This document shows, piece by piece, positions 59,101 to 64,000 of a DNA stretch of 64,000 bases. This DNA is from Phoronis australis. Taxonomy: Eukaryota; Animalia; Phoronida. Both the position numbers and the translations under genes were made by a program. Within the stretch, counting starts at the first letter, position 1; each line of letters starts with the position of its first letter. The notes beneath the pieces are model-generated. The model was not told where the DNA came from. It did not search any database and worked only from the letters and a program-made list of their open reading frames with translations. The DNA lies in assembly GCA_002633005.1 (NCBI GenBank), contig NMRA01000009.1:2053366-2117365 (forward strand). The letters are read 5' to 3'.

Positions 59101-62100
59101 AAGTCTCATCAACTGAAATGAGGCTGTTGAACAATGATCCTGTTTGTATTGTCAATTTGGTATGTATAGTCTTCACTTCATATCCCTCTAGTCTCACTGA
59201 TTCTTAATTTTCTTCATTTCAAGAGCATTTCTTAATTTTCGAAGACTGTGCCTTAACTTTGTGAAAGCAATGCGACCTTTTTCATAAACATGACATGATT
59301 CAATTTGCTCACAAAATTATTTTTTCAACCTCAAGCCAAGCTTTAGCAAACAATTGTCGAGCTTTCAGTTTTCTTCAAAGAATATTTTAAGCACACACAA
59401 CAAACACCATCAACACACCTACCTTGTGTATTGGTCCAGTTGACTGGGAACATAGCTGCTGTATTCACCACTATCACCACGGATGCATTCTTACTTTGGA
59501 AGTGGGGGTTTAAGTTGACTTCTTTGGAGGCGCAGCACGTTACTAATAAGACTTCATACACAGGTGACGACGGCACCTCATTTCGTGTGATATCAACCGT
59601 TTGGTAAAATGACTCCCCGTTCTGATGTAAAACAGTACATAATTAACTTTAAAATACAAATGTGCCACAAATTAAGGCAAGACACTAAAATTTATTTCAA
59701 CCATTCCTCAAACATAAAGTGTAACGCTGCCTTCATGAGTATTCTAGGATATTCCGCAAACTTGGTTCCAACCCTCGTCACTTCTTTATGTGAACGTTAA
59801 CTGATCTGTTGAAACTGAAAAGTCACTTATAAATAATAGTTGTGGGCGGCCTGGTACGCATGATGGAAAAGGTGTGCATGTAGCGCGGATTAGTCGGCCT
59901 AAGCAGACACCTATCACAATAGGCCGCACTGCCTTCTCGAAAAATCCCAAACTCAGTTTCAATGGTTACTAAGTTCACATAGTGGAAATCTCTTTTATAT
60001 ATTCAAAGGAAATGTTCCACCCTTAAATAAAATGTGGAAGAATTACAGACTGAAGCTTACCCTAAAAAAGTAAGTATTCTTCCCCAAAGACCAGGTTTCA
60101 GAGACATTGAGTGGATGCTCCGAACTGTTAGTGGCAATTGGTGCACCTGTGGTAGGGGCAGCAGTTGTAGTGGTGGTAGGTGGCACTGTTGTAGTACTGT
60201 TGACCCCAGCCGTTGCGTTGCCAGTGGTAGTGTTTACTGGAGAAAAAAACCCATATTTTTGGTCATTGGCATAACGCCAGACAGAGCAAGTGGTAGTCAA
60301 TTTCTGCTGTATCTAGGAAGTAAATTTAGACGGACGCAAGGGACTGTGCAAGTTGGACCACATAACAATACATGACAAAACAGAGGCAAAGGATAGGAGT
60401 AATTGACTCACCTTGCAGGTACAAAAAAAATGCACTAGATAAACCTATTATGCCATCAGGGATTTCTGATAGAGCACTCCGTTGAAATCAAGTTTTTCAC
60501 AGTGACCTTGCGTCCAAAAGAGTGTCCAGAGAACCTCAGGTGTTGTCGAAAGATATTCATGTACAGCAAATTCATGTTCTCAGGACCTTTGAAACCTCGG
60601 TTTAGTTTATAGATGAAAAGTAACAAACATTTGATTGAAGGGACACTTCACCCAGTTAAGGCATATCAACAAACTCGGGGAATATTTGAAAACTCCTAAG
60701 TTGCTAAATCATCAAACAAATACACTCTGCTTTAGGTGTGCTGCACGCACATCAAGATCCATAGATCCACTTCAAGACAAACTGAGGCAGTGTCATGGTT
60801 GAAAAATACTTTAGCTAAGAAGAGGTTTTGAGTGAATTTAATCACACATTTTGTTATCATCCTTTTAGAACCGATTTTACAAACTAAAGGACAATCTACA
60901 CATAATGAAAAATGAGTGGATTTCCAAAGGATATAAACTTTTCGTAATAAAGATTTGGCTTTAATCATCACAATATTCTCCTGCAATCAAATAAAACTAT
61001 CTAAGACAACCAGGTACTAATAGATAACAAAAATACATAACATTGTCAAGAGAAGCAGATATTCTTTTGTCACTAAGTACTCGTTGAACGAATAGCGATT
61101 AAGATTGGGAAGAGGCCAAGCCCGCAGCTAAGTGGGTCAGTTGACCTCAATTCACCATAAAAACACATAATTTGTACTTTTAGTAATTTTTAAGCAAACT
61201 TTTGTTTTGTTCTGATTTGCAGTGTATCAACTAGCCAGCTAGTTAGCTATGTATGACTGAATGTCAACACACAGCTATTGAATCACATGGGTTCAATGGT
61301 AAATTCAAGCAAAGCACGCTTTCTCAGTTTGCCACAACTCTATTTGCATTCCACTCACAACCACACCTACATCAAAATCCAACACGTCCTACCATGCGAA
61401 ACTTTTTGCAACCATGGCATTCCACTGACACCTACCAGTAACTTGTGCAGTAGTGGGGAGCACAGAGGGTTGAGGCACTGTGGACACATAACAGACTGGT
61501 TCCTTCTCCCATTTCTGAGCCTCACTGATATTAGAGAAGTCAAATACTGAGCAGCTTACAGTCACGTCTTGATCAGAGCTGGTCAGAGTCTTTGTTAATG
61601 ATAAGAATGACTGGAAAATGTAATAATTAAGGGAGTTTAATTCTGTTACCAAATAGGAAAAGCCAGTAAAATTAAAACATTAACTTAATTTATGTTTGAC
61701 TTCCATTCAAAGTCATTGCTGCCCTAAAACTTAGTGGGTGTCAACTACCGTACTGAGTTTAAAGACTATAGCCCCATTAAAGGTCAGCGTGACTGTGATC
61801 TTTGACTTGTTGATGGCAAAATGACAGAGGTCACATTAAAGACTTACAACTTGTTACTGGAGTTGAGCCAGGCAAGGCTAGCAATTACTAAGGGTCACCT
61901 TTAACTTTCAGGCCCACCCAGTTTTTGATGAGAAGCAATTGGTCATAATAACTGATAAACCATTCAAGTTGTGAAGTTTTGTCAGACAGTAGATGAACTG
62001 GCATAGTTATGTAAAACATGCATTTGCTAAAGGCTTTCTACTAGTTGCACTGTCATCTGTCAAAATTATGTAGGACCTTATGCAGGACGTTATGTAGGAC

Positions 62101-63154
62101 CTGATGTAGAACAAAGTCGATCTTATTTAAATAGGGAAAATCTCATTTTGTCCCGAACTGGAACGAAACGTGACGCAAATGAAAAATATCCAGATATTTT
62201 CAACAAAAATGACTTGGTACGAAAGACTATTACTTTCTAAACACATTCCTGTAGGACGTTATGTAGGACCTGATGTAGAACGTTATGTAGGACGTTATGT
62301 AGGACCTGATGTAGAACGTTATGTAGGACGTTATGTAGGACCTGATGTAGAACAATATGTAGGACGTTATGTAGGACCTGATGTAGAACGTTATGTAGGA
62401 CGTTATGTAGGACCTTACGTAGGACCGTATGTAGGACCTTACGTAGGACCTTACGTAGGACCGTATGTAGGACGTTCTGCAGGACCTTATGTAGGACCTT
62501 ATCCACAAGTCTGTATATTTAACCAAATATCTACAAAATTTGATTTTTGACTTTACACCAATCTGACACTAATTAGACCACATGACCTTTCTTTTTAGGA
62601 AATTTTACCAAAGGTACATTCATGTCAATAAAAGAAGATCAATAAAAGACCAAACTTTGTATGATACAAATATTCAAAATAAAATCTCAAAAAGCTGTTA
62701 CAGTTTTCTAAATTGTTTCATTTTTGTTTCACGCAACTTTAAAATTCTGAAAATCACATTTTGTACCATCTCTCATTGGGGAACAGTTTAAAAACAACTC
62801 CAAACAGCCTTTTGTAGAACAGTGCGGTATAAAGCATATTATCTGAAAGTGAATCCGATCTGCCATTTAAGAGATACGATGTTCCGAAAAGCTCTGCTAG
62901 TGAATTTGAGAACTGACCATTAACATATTGATAAGAAATCCTTCCTGTATATTATTTACTTTTGAGTTTTTCAAACACGAGGAAAGACAGAGAATTTGTT
63001 GTCTGTGAATGCTTTACTATGTAATTCGAGTACCGCATACTTAATCTACAAATAGTCAAAGAACAAACCTTGATTTTGGTACTGGTAGTGGCCAGCTTCT
63101 GTGGCAGCAAATGCAGACCACCATCTGCTATAGGTTGAAATTGAGCCACAGAAC
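46909..63154 (-). CDS. TCTN2: Tectonic-2-like ciliary transition-zone protein; 5' end (signal-peptide exon) not located
   Basis: Exons 63069-63154, 61436-61610, 60747-60814 (tentative), 60061-60312, 59423-59621, 56096-56211, 55290-55582, 54936-55109, 53467-54221, 52792-52893, 50401-50518, 49635-49739, 49030-49305, 48508-48633, 46909-47104. CPCDMTQDQCDVGCCCDKDC signature, PLLCVQFDNNPNLGMFF, RSGKVGYKLGLPL, ISFGENTSSGC, and a TCTN2-type tail (ICWLMLFYPWT, TM helix, PWT). Confidence 0.88.
49930..50075. repeat. Degenerate minisatellite, ~19-20 bp unit
   Basis: AAATAGGTCAGAAATACAC. Confidence 0.8.
51371..52497 (+). mobile_element. HINE-like (Helentron-associated) element, copy A, with an internal ~120-160 bp tandem array
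   Basis: Colinear with 56707-57850; eight monomers each with a CCACTAGnnGGC-type core; 3' terminus missing. Confidence 0.7.
53467..54221 (-). CDS. TCTN2: TCTN2 large exon
   Basis: CSNSVVSVSYRFVW...LEQKFQVRWY...RSGKVG; phase 2-1. Confidence 0.92.
54400..54741. repeat. Minisatellite, 20-bp unit x~17
   Basis: GAGGTGAGCACCAyACAyGy. Confidence 0.95.
56096..56211 (-). CDS. TCTN2: TCTN2 Cys-rich signature exon
   Basis: LSPCPCDMTQDQCDVGCCCDK. Confidence 0.93.
56707..57936 (+). mobile_element. HINE-like element, copy B, with (GGAC)n microsatellite and 3' hairpin
   Basis: Eight monomers, then GGACGGA repeats at 57857-57890 and hairpin ATGCGTCCACATAT-aa-ATATGTGGGCGCAT at 57902-57931, followed by AAAAA. 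Confidence 0.75.
62250..62502. repeat. 12-bp minisatellite with 36-bp higher-order structure (extra copies at 62068-62112)
   Basis: GTAGGACGTTAT / GTAGGACCTGAT / GTAGAACGTTAT. Confidence 0.95.
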
Positions 63155-64000
63155 CTGGATAATAGAAACAATGCCATAAACTAATGACAGTCACAATAAT
63201 ACAATGTCTACACTCATTCCGTCTCAAACTTGATGAATAAAATGAACATTAGAATCGTGTAGCTTTTAAGAGTAGAACTTCCATTAACACATTCAATCTG
63301 TAAGAAGCAATTGAAAGCAGTTCCCTATAGATATCCCTCAACAGTAAAATGTACAAACTGACAATATGTTTCAAAGAAATCTTCTCTAGGCTGGAGTATT
63401 AATTCTGAAAAACCAACTTCTACCAAACTGGGCAACAATTAGTCATAATTTATTGAAATGGTTAACATGAACTTGAACAAGAACACACACTGAATGAAAA
63501 TAAATGTAACAAAAACAAGCTTTCATAAACCTGACAAATAGTAGAAAACCTGGAAAAAAGAGATAACATGATGGTGAACCTGGACACTGTTTGTATCAAC
63601 ACCACTTTGGTGGTACACATTTATTGAATATAACAGACTAAGCAGCTCTGTCAACTAGCAACCACACAGTAAATCAATGCGAACATATAACATACATCAC
63701 AAATTTTTGCCCGACCGGTCGGAAATCGGTTGACGATCGGTCATCTAGAGGACCACCAACGGTCTACTAGGAGTCGTCAGCCGAGTCGCCTTTGAGGTCG
63801 ACAGTTGGGTCAGCAGACTGGTCACCTAGGTTACATGTCTGATTCGCATTATGCATATCCGCAGTCGGCAATTACCAGTTTATGACTTGACGGATGAACT
63901 TTGGACGAACAAGGCATCAAACTGATTGTTATTTGTTCTCCAGTGTCCACTCATAGTGAACCCGCAGTTTATCGACTTTCTCTTGACTGCTTAACATCTA

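Noticed and set aside
60412-60460. Candidate TCTN2 exon with a strong gtgagt donor
   Set aside because: Could not be placed unambiguously in phase; left out of the model.
62170-62550. YVGP/HNVL repeat ORFs
   Set aside because: 12-bp minisatellite open in several frames, intronic.

Overview
AT-rich, intron-rich animal genomic DNA. The repeat landscape suggests a marine invertebrate, possibly a lophotrochozoan (inference). Four spliced genes were rebuilt from GT/AG sites and exon phase: (1) a secreted astacin (M12A) metalloprotease with a Thr-rich linker, ShK and WSC domains (minus, 1236-13130); (2) SANBR/KIAA1841 (minus, ~24893-36111); (3) CD2BP2/U5-52K (plus, 37536-44674), head-to-head with SANBR and carrying a degenerate GYF signature; (4) tectonic-2 (minus, 46909 to >63154, 5' end not found), tail-to-tail with CD2BP2. 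Non-coding space holds many MITE/foldback elements, a decayed hAT element with a 5-bp TSD, a CR1/L2-like LINE relic, a tRNA-derived SINE and minisatellites. A 918-N gap is flanked by a ~3.3 kb duplication that is probably two haplotypes. Highlights: two copies of a HINE-like element, each with eight co-oriented CTCF-like motifs; evidence that the astacin gene is one unit of a ~13.2 kb tandem array; a minimal hammerhead-like motif in an astacin intron; and tandem amplification of splice junctions in SANBR. All calls were made by eye with no database searches.
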